Positions 1 through 8,269 of a DNA stretch of 64,000 bases are shown here, piece by piece. The position numbers were made by a program, and so were the translations under genes. The notes under the pieces are model-generated. The model did no database searches. It saw nothing but the letters and a program-made list of their open reading frames with translations, and had not been told where the DNA came from. The stretch's first letter is position 1. Each line of letters begins with the position of its first letter. The stretch is taken from positions 14,787 to 78,786 of the forward strand of contig JAKZUJ010000108.1 of assembly GCA_047516685.1 (NCBI GenBank), written 5' to 3'. Origin of the DNA: Chloroflexota bacterium (GTDB taxonomy: Bacteria > Chloroflexota > UBA11872).

Positions 1-58
1 GCACGATTTCGGCGTAAGCCGCCTGGAGGGGTCGGCGCCGACCTGGCGTGGCTGACGA

Positions 59-313
59 TTGGGCGCGATGGCTGGGGCCTGGCAGCGAAGCATCATCGAG
101 GTCGGCGGCGTTGCGCGGATGGGCGACGGCGTTCCGCTTGTTCGCTTTACCTGCGGCGACATCGAGAGTCGCCGTGGCTTCCCGGGCGCGAAGGTCGATC
201 CTGGCGAATTGCTGGCAGCGGCGCTGATTCGGGAGGTTGAGGAAGAAGCCGGGATCATTGCCGAACCCGAGGTTTTCGTGTCGTTGGGCATCGGGTCAAT
301 CCCGGAGAGTTGA
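59..313 (+). CDS. NUDIX hydrolase-like protein, apparently C-terminally truncated (84 aa)
   Basis: Nudix box visible (GFPGAKVDPGELLAAALIREVEEEAGI). An in-frame stop lies just upstream (nt 53-55) and another at 311-313, leaving only ~22 aa after the box. That is shorter than a complete Nudix fold. Confidence 0.35.
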   Translation: MGAMAGAWQRSIIEVGGVARMGDGVPLVRFTCGDIESRRGFPGAKVDPGELLAAALIREVEEEAGIIAEPEVFVSLGIGSIPES

Positions 314-428
314 AGCCTGACCTCGATTTTCGAATGCGGCGGACATCGAGGACGGACTATCCGCGCTCGCTGGGTCGCTTCTCCACTGACTCGTTGCAGC
401 TGTACGCCGGTTCGGGCGTTGACCGCGT

Positions 429-1631
429 CTAGAAGCTGTCCGCCAGCCAATACATGAACGGCGAATCCGGAAAGAGCCGGCGGAGGTACACGTCGACGTG
501 TGGGGGCGCGCCCACGGCGTCCAGGGCCTGGTAGCCGCCCGGCGCCCCGAGGTACAAGTCGAGAAACTGTGCACTGGTCAACTCAACCACGGGCTCGTTG
601 CCAGCCGGCTCGCCAATGATCACGTTGGCCATCGGCGTCTCCACTCGCACCGCTTCGTCATCCACTTGCAGGACGAAGGTAGGTCCGGGCAATGGCGCGG
701 CTCGGCGGCGTCGGCGAATCAATTCCGGCACCGCGCTCTCCAGCGCTCCACGCAGGGAGTTCAGCCGAACCATGAAATGCGTCGTGGGCTTGAGGCTTGC
801 GCCGGCCCGCTTTCGCAACAGGTCGAACAGCTCCGACGCCGGGTGCAGCTCGCCCGTCAGGCGATGTACGCCGTGGGCCGCCGCACGCGCCCTCCAGGCA
901 CTCAGCAAGGGAGTGGCCAGAATCTCATATTGGACGCCGCCGTCCAGGATTTGCAGCTCGTCGTCGGTCAGCGCGGTTATGGAGTACGCCACCACGGTTT
1001 GAACCTGTACCAGGACGTCGAAGTACACCTGGGTTTCGGCCGCAATGCGCGGGAGCCACTCCATGAGCGCCAGCCAGTACGCCTCGCCGCGGTCGAGCGG
1101 GCCTACCCGGTCCGCCGCGATGTCCGCGTAGATGCTCGCGACGGCCGGCAGGTCGCCGGCACGGAACGAGCGGACGACGTAGCCGCCGGCCGACTCGATG
1201 TCGCCGCTGGGAAACTCCGCTTCGAGTTGGGCCGTGGGAATCTCATGCCAGCCGCGGCGCGCATAGACGCCGGGCGTGCCGGTGGAGAGCAGCGATAGCG
1301 TCTGGCCGTCGGCCCGCATCCGCTCGACGGCAGCGTCCAGCAGCTGCCCGGCATGCCCCTGTTTGCGATGGTCGGGGTCCACGCCCACGTCTGCGACGGC
1401 GCCGACCCGCACACGTCCCAGGCCGTAGCGCATGGTTCGGTCGGCGATCCAGAGGTGGCCAACGATGGCGCCGCCATCCTCAACGACAAGACTCTGCGAC
1501 ACGTCCCAGTCAGGATCGGCGCTCTGGTGGCGTTCGAAGTAGTCGCGCGGGGTGTCAACGAACGCCCGGTCCATAACGTCCAGGGCTTCGTCGCGCCGGT
1601 CGGCGCTCAGTTTGCGAACAGTCGGGTTCAT
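429..1631 (-). CDS. Eis-like GNAT N-acetyltransferase (GNAT domains plus C-terminal SCP2-like domain)
   Basis: ORF-track 429..1751. The sequence from MNPTVRKLSADRRDEALDVMDRAF onward gives a ~400-aa protein with the acetyl-CoA motif (VDPDHRKQGHAGQLL) and the three-domain Eis architecture. ATG (cat on + strand at 1629-1631) is preferred over the 40-aa upstream extension. Confidence 0.7.
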   Translation of the reverse strand: MNPTVRKLSADRRDEALDVMDRAFVDTPRDYFERHQSADPDWDVSQSLVVEDGGAIVGHLWIADRTMRYGLGRVRVGAVADVGVDPDHRKQGHAGQLLDAAVERMRADGQTLSLLSTGTPGVYARRGWHEIPTAQLEAEFPSGDIESAGGYVVRSFRAGDLPAVASIYADIAADRVGPLDRGEAYWLALMEWLPRIAAETQVYFDVLVQVQTVVAYSITALTDDELQILDGGVQYEILATPLLSAWRARAAAHGVHRLTGELHPASELFDLLRKRAGASLKPTTHFMVRLNSLRGALESAVPELIRRRRRAAPLPGPTFVLQVDDEAVRVETPMANVIIGEPAGNEPVVELTSAQFLDLYLGAPGGYQALDAVGAPPHVDVYLRRLFPDSPFMYWLADSF

Positions 1632-1716
1632 GGGCAAAGGGTTGGTCGGTTGCAGGTGCGCAAAATCGGCCCGACGCGTTGGCGTCCGGGCCAGTAGGAA
1701 ATATAGCAAAAGGGGA

Positions 1717-2577
1717 GTGCCTGTCGCGGATAGACTCGGGTTACCGTCCACGCGATGTCACGAAGACAGCCGGCATGCACCCTCCCCCACGCTTCAGTCC
1801 CGCCCGCGGCAGGCGCCTGCCGCCGAGCTCGGTCGACTGAACGCCTGGCGGTTCTTGCGGCATCTGCGGACGCTGCGCGGCCTGCTCTTCGGGCTGCTGG
1901 GGGTGCTGGCGCTGGCGGTGATTGGCCTCCTGCTCGTGCTCGTCACGACGGCGCCAGCCGGGTCGCCGGCGTCGCAAGGCCGGGCACGCTCGCCGGCTCC
2001 ATTGCCTGGGGACACGTCGAACGTCTTGAGCGAGGCCGCGGTGCCCGACGTTGAGGCGCCGAGTAGACGGCCGGTCGTGCTCCTGCCGCCGCGGCCTCAA
2101 CCGCCTCGACTTCGGGCGCTGGAGCTATCGCCGACCGACGATGTGAGTGACGCGGCCCTGCTGGAGTTTCTGCGCGAGGTGGATATCTTGCTCACCGCGC
2201 TTGACCCATCCACGAGCTACGTCGGGCTGCTGGCGACGCAGGCGCTTCGCGGTGAGACGTCACGGCTGAGGGTCATCGTGGAGAGCGGGGGCACGGCTAG
2301 CGCGTTGGCGGACATCCAGCCGGCGCGCAGGACATCGCAGCTTCCCGCGGACGCGCAGACGCTGGCGCTGCTGCTGCGTTCGATCCTGGTTACCGGTGCG
2401 TCCGGACAGCAAAGTCTGCTCACCAGTGTCACGGGACAGCCGGCGGTTTCCGAGCGCATTCAGGAAGTTATGGAGGCGCGCGCGCTCGTCCGCTTTATCG
2501 AAGTGCATGAGGCCGTGGAATTTGCTGCCGAATTGCGCAACAGCGTCGTGCACGCCGCGGCGGAGACTCGCGGCTAG
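1717..2577 (+). CDS. hypothetical single-pass membrane protein (N-in TM helix, Pro-rich linker, ~230-aa extracytoplasmic domain)
   Basis: ORF-track 1552..2577. The 5' part would overlap the divergent GNAT gene, so a downstream start (GTG 1717, or CTG/TTG near 1837-1855) is more likely. Shows a positive-inside segment RFLRHLRTLRG followed by the hydrophobic helix LLFGLLGVLALAVIGLLLVLV. No recognisable family. Confidence 0.4.
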   Translation: MPVADRLGLPSTRCHEDSRHAPSPTLQSRPRQAPAAELGRLNAWRFLRHLRTLRGLLFGLLGVLALAVIGLLLVLVTTAPAGSPASQGRARSPAPLPGDTSNVLSEAAVPDVEAPSRRPVVLLPPRPQPPRLRALELSPTDDVSDAALLEFLREVDILLTALDPSTSYVGLLATQALRGETSRLRVIVESGGTASALADIQPARRTSQLPADAQTLALLLRSILVTGASGQQSLLTSVTGQPAVSERIQEVMEARALVRFIEVHEAVEFAAELRNSVVHAAAETRG

Positions 2578-4370
2578 CCGGCGGCCGGCTCGACTTTCGG
2601 CAGCTGCCAGGCTTCGATTGCCCGTTCGGCGTTGGCTGTCAGCAGCAGGTTGGCGCCAGGCGCGGCGGCAACGGTCCGTATGTCGGAGGAGGTAACCAAC
2701 TGTCCCAGGACGGTTCCGTCCGCGCGAATCACGCGCAAGGTGCGTTCCGAGGCCTGGGCGATCACGTAGTCGTTGGTTACCAGCAGGCGTTCGACCGCCA
2801 GGCCAGGCAGATGCCAGATCTCGGTTCCATTCACGCTGAAGGCGCCCAGCCCGTTTGGACCCGCCAGGATGATCGTGTCGGCTTGGGGCATGCGCGCCGC
2901 CGCCGTGGATGGAAAGCGGATCTGCCACACGAGATCGCCGCTGGCGCTGTCGAAGACCTGCGAGCTTTGATCGGTGACAGCGAGTGTGTGCTCGCCCGAC
3001 TGCGTGAACAGCACGTTGTGCAGCTCGCCGTCGACGCCGAAGCGCTGGTCGAGGTTTCCGTTCGGCGTGATCAGGACGATCTGGTTCTCACCCCGGCTGG
3101 ACGAGGCGACGGCCACCGTGCCGGTGACCGGATTGAGCGCCACGTCGGCGGCGCTGATGTACGACTGCGTGGGACCCCACAGCTGGCCATCGTGGTTGAA
3201 GGCGAAGACGTGCCCCACACCGCTGGCATTGGTTGAGCGGGCGACGAGCCAGTCTCCGTGCGGCGCAAAGACCACGTCTTCGAGCAGCTGATTGTCGGGA
3301 CGTGTCGGCGACCGCCAGATCGGCTGGCCCGTGGCATCGAGCAACAGAAGATCGAAGCCGTGCGCCGCCGTGAGTTCGCCGTCGGCTGACACAACGGCGT
3401 GCGACAGAGGAATCCTCAGGTCGCGGCTCCAGCGTGGGGCGCCGTCGGCGCCAAATGCCGCGATCTCACCGTTCCGGGCAATTGCGATCACGAGGTTTCC
3501 GTCGGCCGATGACGCGAGCCCGGTAATGTCGAAGTCGGTCCGCGTCAGCCAGGCCCGCTCCGTCCAGCGGCCAGCAGCCGGCTCGCGGACATTGGTTGTG
3601 GTGAATGCCAGGTCGATGACGTCCTCTATTCGGGTTCCAAAGCCGAGGAGCTGCCATTCGAGGGCCGCGGCGTCGGCCTCCGCGGCCGTTGGATAGCGCC
3701 CGGCTTCCACCCAGCGGCGGAAGACTCGGGACATGCGGAGCGACGGAAGCTGACGTCCGATCCTCGCCCGGGCTTCCGTCTCATCGGCGAAGGGACCGAC
3801 GAGGACCGCGAGCTTGGGTACCCGTAGAACGTCGATCTGAAATTCGCCAAGGTCGTCGATGGCCTGTCGAAGCCAGGTTCTGGTACGTCCCGGCCCGACG
3901 GCTTCAGCGAATGCAGCGACTGCGGTATGAGCTTGCTTCTGCAGGGTGATGACGTGCACCAGGCGTTCGGGCTCTTCAAGATTCTCGTAGGCGCGGAGCG
4001 TGGGGATGACTTCGACCAGTGCGTCGACGGCCGTGGTGAGATGCGCGTGCGCGGTGGATGCCGTAGCCGGTGGGCTGAGCGGGATGAGCGCCTGACCGAG
4101 CGCGCCGATAGCTTCGAACTGGGCCATGCTGGAGGCCGCAAACTGATCAGAAGTCTGGAAGCCTGTGCCCAGCTCGCGGATGTTGCCTTCCAGCGTCCGC
4201 AGTTCGTGGAGCGCGCTGGTCGCAACCGTGAGCGCGGGCTCCCAGTAGGGACGTGCCGCAAACTCACTGGAGGGCGGCGTCGGGTCGCCGCAGGCGGCCG
4301 CCGCGACGGCGGCGGCTGACGCCGTCAGGAAGGTGCGCCGCGGCAGGCCGCCGCGCCGCCGTTCGCGCAC
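2574..4370 (-). CDS. Tat-signal lipoprotein with SPOR-like domain and 8-bladed PQQ/BamB-like beta-propeller
   Basis: ORF-track 2574..4457. GTG at 4370 avoids overlap with miaB. Twin-arginine motif RRTFLTASAAAVAAAACGD with lipobox Cys. Segment LAVLVGPFADETEARARIGRQLPSLRMSRVFRRWVEAGRYPTAAEADAAALEWQLLGF resembles SPOR peptidoglycan-binding domains. It is followed by ~8 repeats of the DG.LxW / NG..xW type. Confidence 0.6.
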   Translation of the reverse strand: MRERRRGGLPRRTFLTASAAAVAAAACGDPTPPSSEFAARPYWEPALTVATSALHELRTLEGNIRELGTGFQTSDQFAASSMAQFEAIGALGQALIPLSPPATASTAHAHLTTAVDALVEVIPTLRAYENLEEPERLVHVITLQKQAHTAVAAFAEAVGPGRTRTWLRQAIDDLGEFQIDVLRVPKLAVLVGPFADETEARARIGRQLPSLRMSRVFRRWVEAGRYPTAAEADAAALEWQLLGFGTRIEDVIDLAFTTTNVREPAAGRWTERAWLTRTDFDITGLASSADGNLVIAIARNGEIAAFGADGAPRWSRDLRIPLSHAVVSADGELTAAHGFDLLLLDATGQPIWRSPTRPDNQLLEDVVFAPHGDWLVARSTNASGVGHVFAFNHDGQLWGPTQSYISAADVALNPVTGTVAVASSSRGENQIVLITPNGNLDQRFGVDGELHNVLFTQSGEHTLAVTDQSSQVFDSASGDLVWQIRFPSTAAARMPQADTIILAGPNGLGAFSVNGTEIWHLPGLAVERLLVTNDYVIAQASERTLRVIRADGTVLGQLVTSSDIRTVAAAPGANLLLTANAERAIEAWQLPKVEPAAG

Positions 4371-4377
4371 GGGCGCG

Positions 4378-5718
4378 TCAGCCTGCGACGTCGGCTGCCG
4401 CCGCGCCCCGGAGCGACCACGGCGTGGCTGCCGTGATCTTGACCGCATGCGTACCACCGGGCGCCAGGTATGGCTGGTCAGGGGTGAAGACCAGCTTGTT
4501 GGTTCTGGTTCGGCCGCGCCAGCGCGGCTCGTGCTGCTCGCCCTTGCCAGGCGTGAGCTCCTCGAACAGCACCTCCGGCTCAGCGCCCAGGTAGGTGCGG
4601 TTGATCGCCTCGGCGATCAGCGTCTGCTCGCGCTCGATCCGGTGCAGGCGGCGCAGCTTCTCCGCCCGCGGCACGTCGTCAACCCACTCGGCGGCCACCG
4701 TGCCTTGTCGCGGCGAGAAGGCCGCGACGTGCACCTGATCGAAGCGCAGGTCGCGCACGAGCCGCAGCGACTCCAGGAAGTGCTGCTCTTGCTCACCGCA
4801 GAATCCCACGATGATGTCGGTGGTCAGCGCCACGCCGGGCACGGTGGCGCGCAGCATGGCGATGGTCTCGCGGTAGAAGTCGGCGCCGTAACCGCGCGCC
4901 ATGCGTTTGAGGACCCAGTCGTCACCGGACTGGACGGGCAGATTGATTTCTTCGCAGACGCTGGGGATGTCGCGCATCGCTTCGGCCAGCGCGCGGGTCA
5001 TGAAGCGTGGATGGGCCGTCGTGAAGCGAATCCGGTCGATACCGTCCACGGCGTCGACGCGTTCGAGTACATCCGGCAGGCTGGTTCTGTCGAGGTCGAA
5101 CCCGTAGGCGTTCACGATCTGCCCGAGCAAGACGATCTCGCGCGCGCCCTCGTCACGAAAACGCCGAACTTCGTCGAGAATTTCGTCCATCGGCCGACTG
5201 CGCTGGGCGCCGCGCCGAAACGGCACGATGCAGTAGGTGCAGCGCTTGTCGCATCCGTAAATCACGTTGACGAAGCGGGACACTGCTCCGGCGCCTGGCG
5301 CCGGCTGCGCCTCGACGTCCTCGTATCCGGGCGCGTCAGCCGGCGCCGAACGCGCCAGCCTTGCCAGGAGGGGCGCGGCGTTCAGCGTGTCGAACAGCAC
5401 GTCCACGGGATCGAGGTGCGGCGCGAGTTCGTCCTCGTCCGCGTGAACGGTGCAGCCGGTCAAGCCCACCACGAGATGCGGTTTCGTCTTCTTCAGGCCC
5501 TTGAGCATGCCGAGCATGCCCCAGACCTTGCGGTCGGCGTTGTCTCGAACGGCGCACCCATTGACGACCACGGCGGTGGCATCAGCCAGCGTGTCGGCTG
5601 GCGAATGCCCCGCGTGCTGGAGTTCGCGTTGGATCCGCTCGCCGTCGGCGCGATTCATCTGGCAGCCGATCGTCCAGATGAATACACGGTGCGAGGGAAC
5701 GAGTGTCAGCGGCATCAA
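4378..5718 (-). CDS. miaB: tRNA-2-methylthio-N6-dimethylallyladenosine synthase (radical SAM methylthiotransferase)
   Basis: N-terminal MTTase motif IGCQMN. Radical SAM CxxxCxxC (CDKRCTYC). C-terminal TRAM-like region. 446 aa. Confidence 0.85.
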   Translation of the reverse strand: MMPLTLVPSHRVFIWTIGCQMNRADGERIQRELQHAGHSPADTLADATAVVVNGCAVRDNADRKVWGMLGMLKGLKKTKPHLVVGLTGCTVHADEDELAPHLDPVDVLFDTLNAAPLLARLARSAPADAPGYEDVEAQPAPGAGAVSRFVNVIYGCDKRCTYCIVPFRRGAQRSRPMDEILDEVRRFRDEGAREIVLLGQIVNAYGFDLDRTSLPDVLERVDAVDGIDRIRFTTAHPRFMTRALAEAMRDIPSVCEEINLPVQSGDDWVLKRMARGYGADFYRETIAMLRATVPGVALTTDIIVGFCGEQEQHFLESLRLVRDLRFDQVHVAAFSPRQGTVAAEWVDDVPRAEKLRRLHRIEREQTLIAEAINRTYLGAEPEVLFEELTPGKGEQHEPRWRGRTRTNKLVFTPDQPYLAPGGTHAVKITAATPWSLRGAAAADVAG

Positions 5719-5820
5719 GTGAATGCGACCTCAGGTGCCGGCGCTGGGCCAAAGTGCCACACTCGGTATCATAACCTTCCGGGGTACGCGCGCCGGATTC
5801 GCATCCTGGACGGTGACTTT

Positions 5821-6033
5821 TTGCGCTCCCGCTTCGCACTTCTCCGCCGCCCCGCCGTCGTTGCCTTTCTTGTACTGGCCACGGTCTTGACCGTGTTGGT
5901 CTTTCTGGTGTCGGCCGGCCGGGCGCTTGGCGTCCCTCAGTATTTGGGGCTGGTCACGGTGGCCGTCGTCACGGCGGCATTCGCGGTTGGGCTCATGTAC
6001 GCCGGTAGCGGATCCGGCGATTCGGAGGCGTAG
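5821..6033 (+). CDS. putative small two-helix membrane protein (~70 aa), start codon uncertain (TTG)
   Basis: Tail of antisense ORF 4333..6033. Its last 70 codons are strongly hydrophobic (AVVAFLVLATVLTVLVFLV ... LGLVTVAVVTAAFAVGLMYAG). They lie in the miaB/rmlD divergent intergenic region. The stop TAG 6031-6033 is 1 nt from the rmlD GTG at 6035. Confidence 0.25.
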   Translation: MRSRFALLRRPAVVAFLVLATVLTVLVFLVSAGRALGVPQYLGLVTVAVVTAAFAVGLMYAGSGSGDSEA

Positions 6034-6034
6034 C

Positions 6035-6880
6035 GTGGAGCGGTCGACGGTGGTGACAGGCGCCGGTGGCCAGTTGGGGATCGAACTGGCCCGGCGGCTG
6101 GACGAGTCGAGTAGCTTGACGTTGACGCGCTCTCAACTTGACGTAACGAATGCTCCGCTGGTGGAGCGCACGCTGCACGAGATCAGTCCGCGGCTCATTG
6201 TTCACGCGGCTGCCGCTACCAACGTCGACCTTTGCGAGCGGCAACGCGCCGAGGCCTACCGGACGAACGCCGTCGGGACCTGGAATGTGGCGCGCGCGGC
6301 CGCCCGTACCGGCGCCCAAATGGTGTACGTGAGCACCAACTACGTGTTCGACGGTCGGAAGCTCGGTCCGTACCTGGAGTACGACGACCCGGCGCCTTTG
6401 AGCGCCTACGGCTGGACGAAGTTGCACGGGGAGCGGGCCGCGCACCAGGTGCTGGATCGTCTGTATGTGGTTCGCACCAGTTGGCTCTACAGCCGCTGGG
6501 GCCGCAATTTCCTCAGCCGCCTGCTGAATGTCGATTCCGCCGACAGTCCGCTGCGGTACGTGGGTGACCAAGTGGCCAATCCGACCAACGCGGGCGACCT
6601 GGCAGCGGCCATTCTCAGGTTGGCGGAAACCGAGGCCTTTGGCACGCATCATCTCGTCAACGAGGGCGCGACCAGCTGGTACGGCTGGGCCGCGGCCGTG
6701 CTCGCGGCGCTCGGTCGCGATGACGTGGCGCTGGAAGAGATCAGCGCGGCCGAGTTTCCGCGCGCCGCGGCGGTCCCAGCCAATGCCGAACTGGCGAACG
6801 AGATGGCCCGCGCGGTGAATGTGACGTTGCGGCCCTGGGGTGAAGCGCTGTCGGCGCATGTTCGTGAGGTGGCGTCGTAG
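6035..6880 (+). CDS. rmlD: dTDP-4-dehydrorhamnose reductase
   Basis: ORF-track 5927..6880. GTG 6035 gives VERSTVVTGAGGQLG (Rossmann GxxGxxG) at the N-terminus. Rest matches RmlD/RfbD: YVSTNYVFDG, active-site YGWTKLHGE, ANPTNAGDLA. Confidence 0.8.
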   Translation: MERSTVVTGAGGQLGIELARRLDESSSLTLTRSQLDVTNAPLVERTLHEISPRLIVHAAAATNVDLCERQRAEAYRTNAVGTWNVARAAARTGAQMVYVSTNYVFDGRKLGPYLEYDDPAPLSAYGWTKLHGERAAHQVLDRLYVVRTSWLYSRWGRNFLSRLLNVDSADSPLRYVGDQVANPTNAGDLAAAILRLAETEAFGTHHLVNEGATSWYGWAAAVLAALGRDDVALEEISAAEFPRAAAVPANAELANEMARAVNVTLRPWGEALSAHVREVAS

Positions 6881-7846
6881 GTGGACACCGACGGCGAAGC
6901 TTCCCCGCCACGCTGGTCAGTGCTGATTCCCACGTGGAACGGACGGCATCTGCTCGAAGAGGCCCTGGACGGCTTGGATGCCCAGATCTTGCAGGACTTC
7001 GAAGTATTGGTCGTGGACGATGGCTCGGACGATGACACCGTGGTCTGGATGCGGGCCCAGCGGCCCGTTGACCGCCTGATCGAGCAACCGACGCAGTGTG
7101 GGCTGGCCGCCGCATTGAACCGTGGAATCGCGGCCGCGCATGGTCGCTTCATTGCAGTGCTCAACAATGACGCCGTGCCGGAGCCGGGCTGGTTGGGGGC
7201 GCTGGATCGCGCGTTCGCGGCTGCTCCGGACGCCAGTTTTCTGGCCTCGCGAATCCGCCTGTACGACGACCCGTCCCGATTGCACGCCGCCGGGGATACG
7301 TTCGGCCGCAACGGGCTGCCCGGCAATCGTGGCGTCTGGAAGCCCGACGGTCCGCCCTATACCGAGTCGTGTGAAGTATTCGGCGCCTGCGCGGCCGCGG
7401 CGGGCTATCGCCGCGAGCTCTTCGACGACATTGGGGTTTTCGACGAAGACCTGGTGATGTATTGCGAGGACGTGGACCTGGACTGGCGCGCTCAGATGGC
7501 CGGTCATCGCTGCCGCTACGTGCCAGACGCGGTCGTCCGGCATCGACTCAGCGCCACCGCCGGCGGCGAGATCGCCAGTTTTCTCGTGGCGCGTAACCGG
7601 CCGCTGGTGGCCATCATGAATATGCCGGGTTTTCTCTGGCGGCGCGGATGGTGGCGGATTGCCGGGGCGCAGCTTAGACTGGCGGCCGCGGCGCTGCGCG
7701 CGATTCGCGGACGAGCCGCGCGCGCCACGCTGGCGGGCCAGTTAGCGTCGTTAGGACAGCTGCCCCGGGCTTGGAGCAAGCGGTCGCGCCGCCAGCGGTC
7801 ACGCCGCGTGGCAGACGCTTATATCGAAGGTTTGCTCGAGCGTTGA
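6881..7846 (+). CDS. glycosyltransferase family 2 (rhamnosyltransferase-like)
   Basis: WSVLIPTWNGRHLLEEALDGLDAQ ... VVDDGSDDDT ... NNDAVPEPGWL ... CEDVDLDWR. GT-A fold DxD and ED motifs. GTG start immediately after rmlD stop. Confidence 0.75.
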   Translation: MDTDGEASPPRWSVLIPTWNGRHLLEEALDGLDAQILQDFEVLVVDDGSDDDTVVWMRAQRPVDRLIEQPTQCGLAAALNRGIAAAHGRFIAVLNNDAVPEPGWLGALDRAFAAAPDASFLASRIRLYDDPSRLHAAGDTFGRNGLPGNRGVWKPDGPPYTESCEVFGACAAAAGYRRELFDDIGVFDEDLVMYCEDVDLDWRAQMAGHRCRYVPDAVVRHRLSATAGGEIASFLVARNRPLVAIMNMPGFLWRRGWWRIAGAQLRLAAAALRAIRGRAARATLAGQLASLGQLPRAWSKRSRRQRSRRVADAYIEGLLER

Positions 7847-7864
7847 CGCAGGTGGAGGACGACG

Positions 7865-8239
7865 ATGGGCTTTATACGGCGACTCTTCGGCGGCGGTGAC
7901 GGTGGAGCGAAAGAACCGGTCGATACCGCGTGGCACTTTTTCGTCAAGAGCAAATACGCGGACGAGATCATTGATGTCCGCGTGGATCCGAACGCCGACC
8001 TTTCGCCAGAGTTCGACGGCCCTGGGGACGGCACGTCGCACTACACGTCGAACAAGGACATTATCGGTCGCAAGAGCTTTCGAACTATCAATCTGCACCT
8101 CATTTTCAGTTCGAGTCGGGCCTATACCGGCGACTACACCATCGAGGGCGGTGAGCTGGTTGATCAGGCGACCTACGAGGACTGGAAAGCGCGGGAGACA
8201 GCCGCGAGCGCTGGCGACGACACTGGGGACGGGAGCTAG
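7865..8239 (+). CDS. hypothetical protein (124 aa), compositionally atypical (lower GC, rare codons)
   Basis: Strong SD GGAGGA 5 nt upstream of ATG 7865. Codons such as ATA, TTT, AAA and ATT are rare elsewhere in the window. No family recognised (MGFIRRLFGGG ... acidic C-terminus). Confidence 0.5.
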   Translation: MGFIRRLFGGGDGGAKEPVDTAWHFFVKSKYADEIIDVRVDPNADLSPEFDGPGDGTSHYTSNKDIIGRKSFRTINLHLIFSSSRAYTGDYTIEGGELVDQATYEDWKARETAASAGDDTGDGS

Positions 8240-8269
8240 CCCTCACTCGGGTCCGCGGGCGTCAATGTA

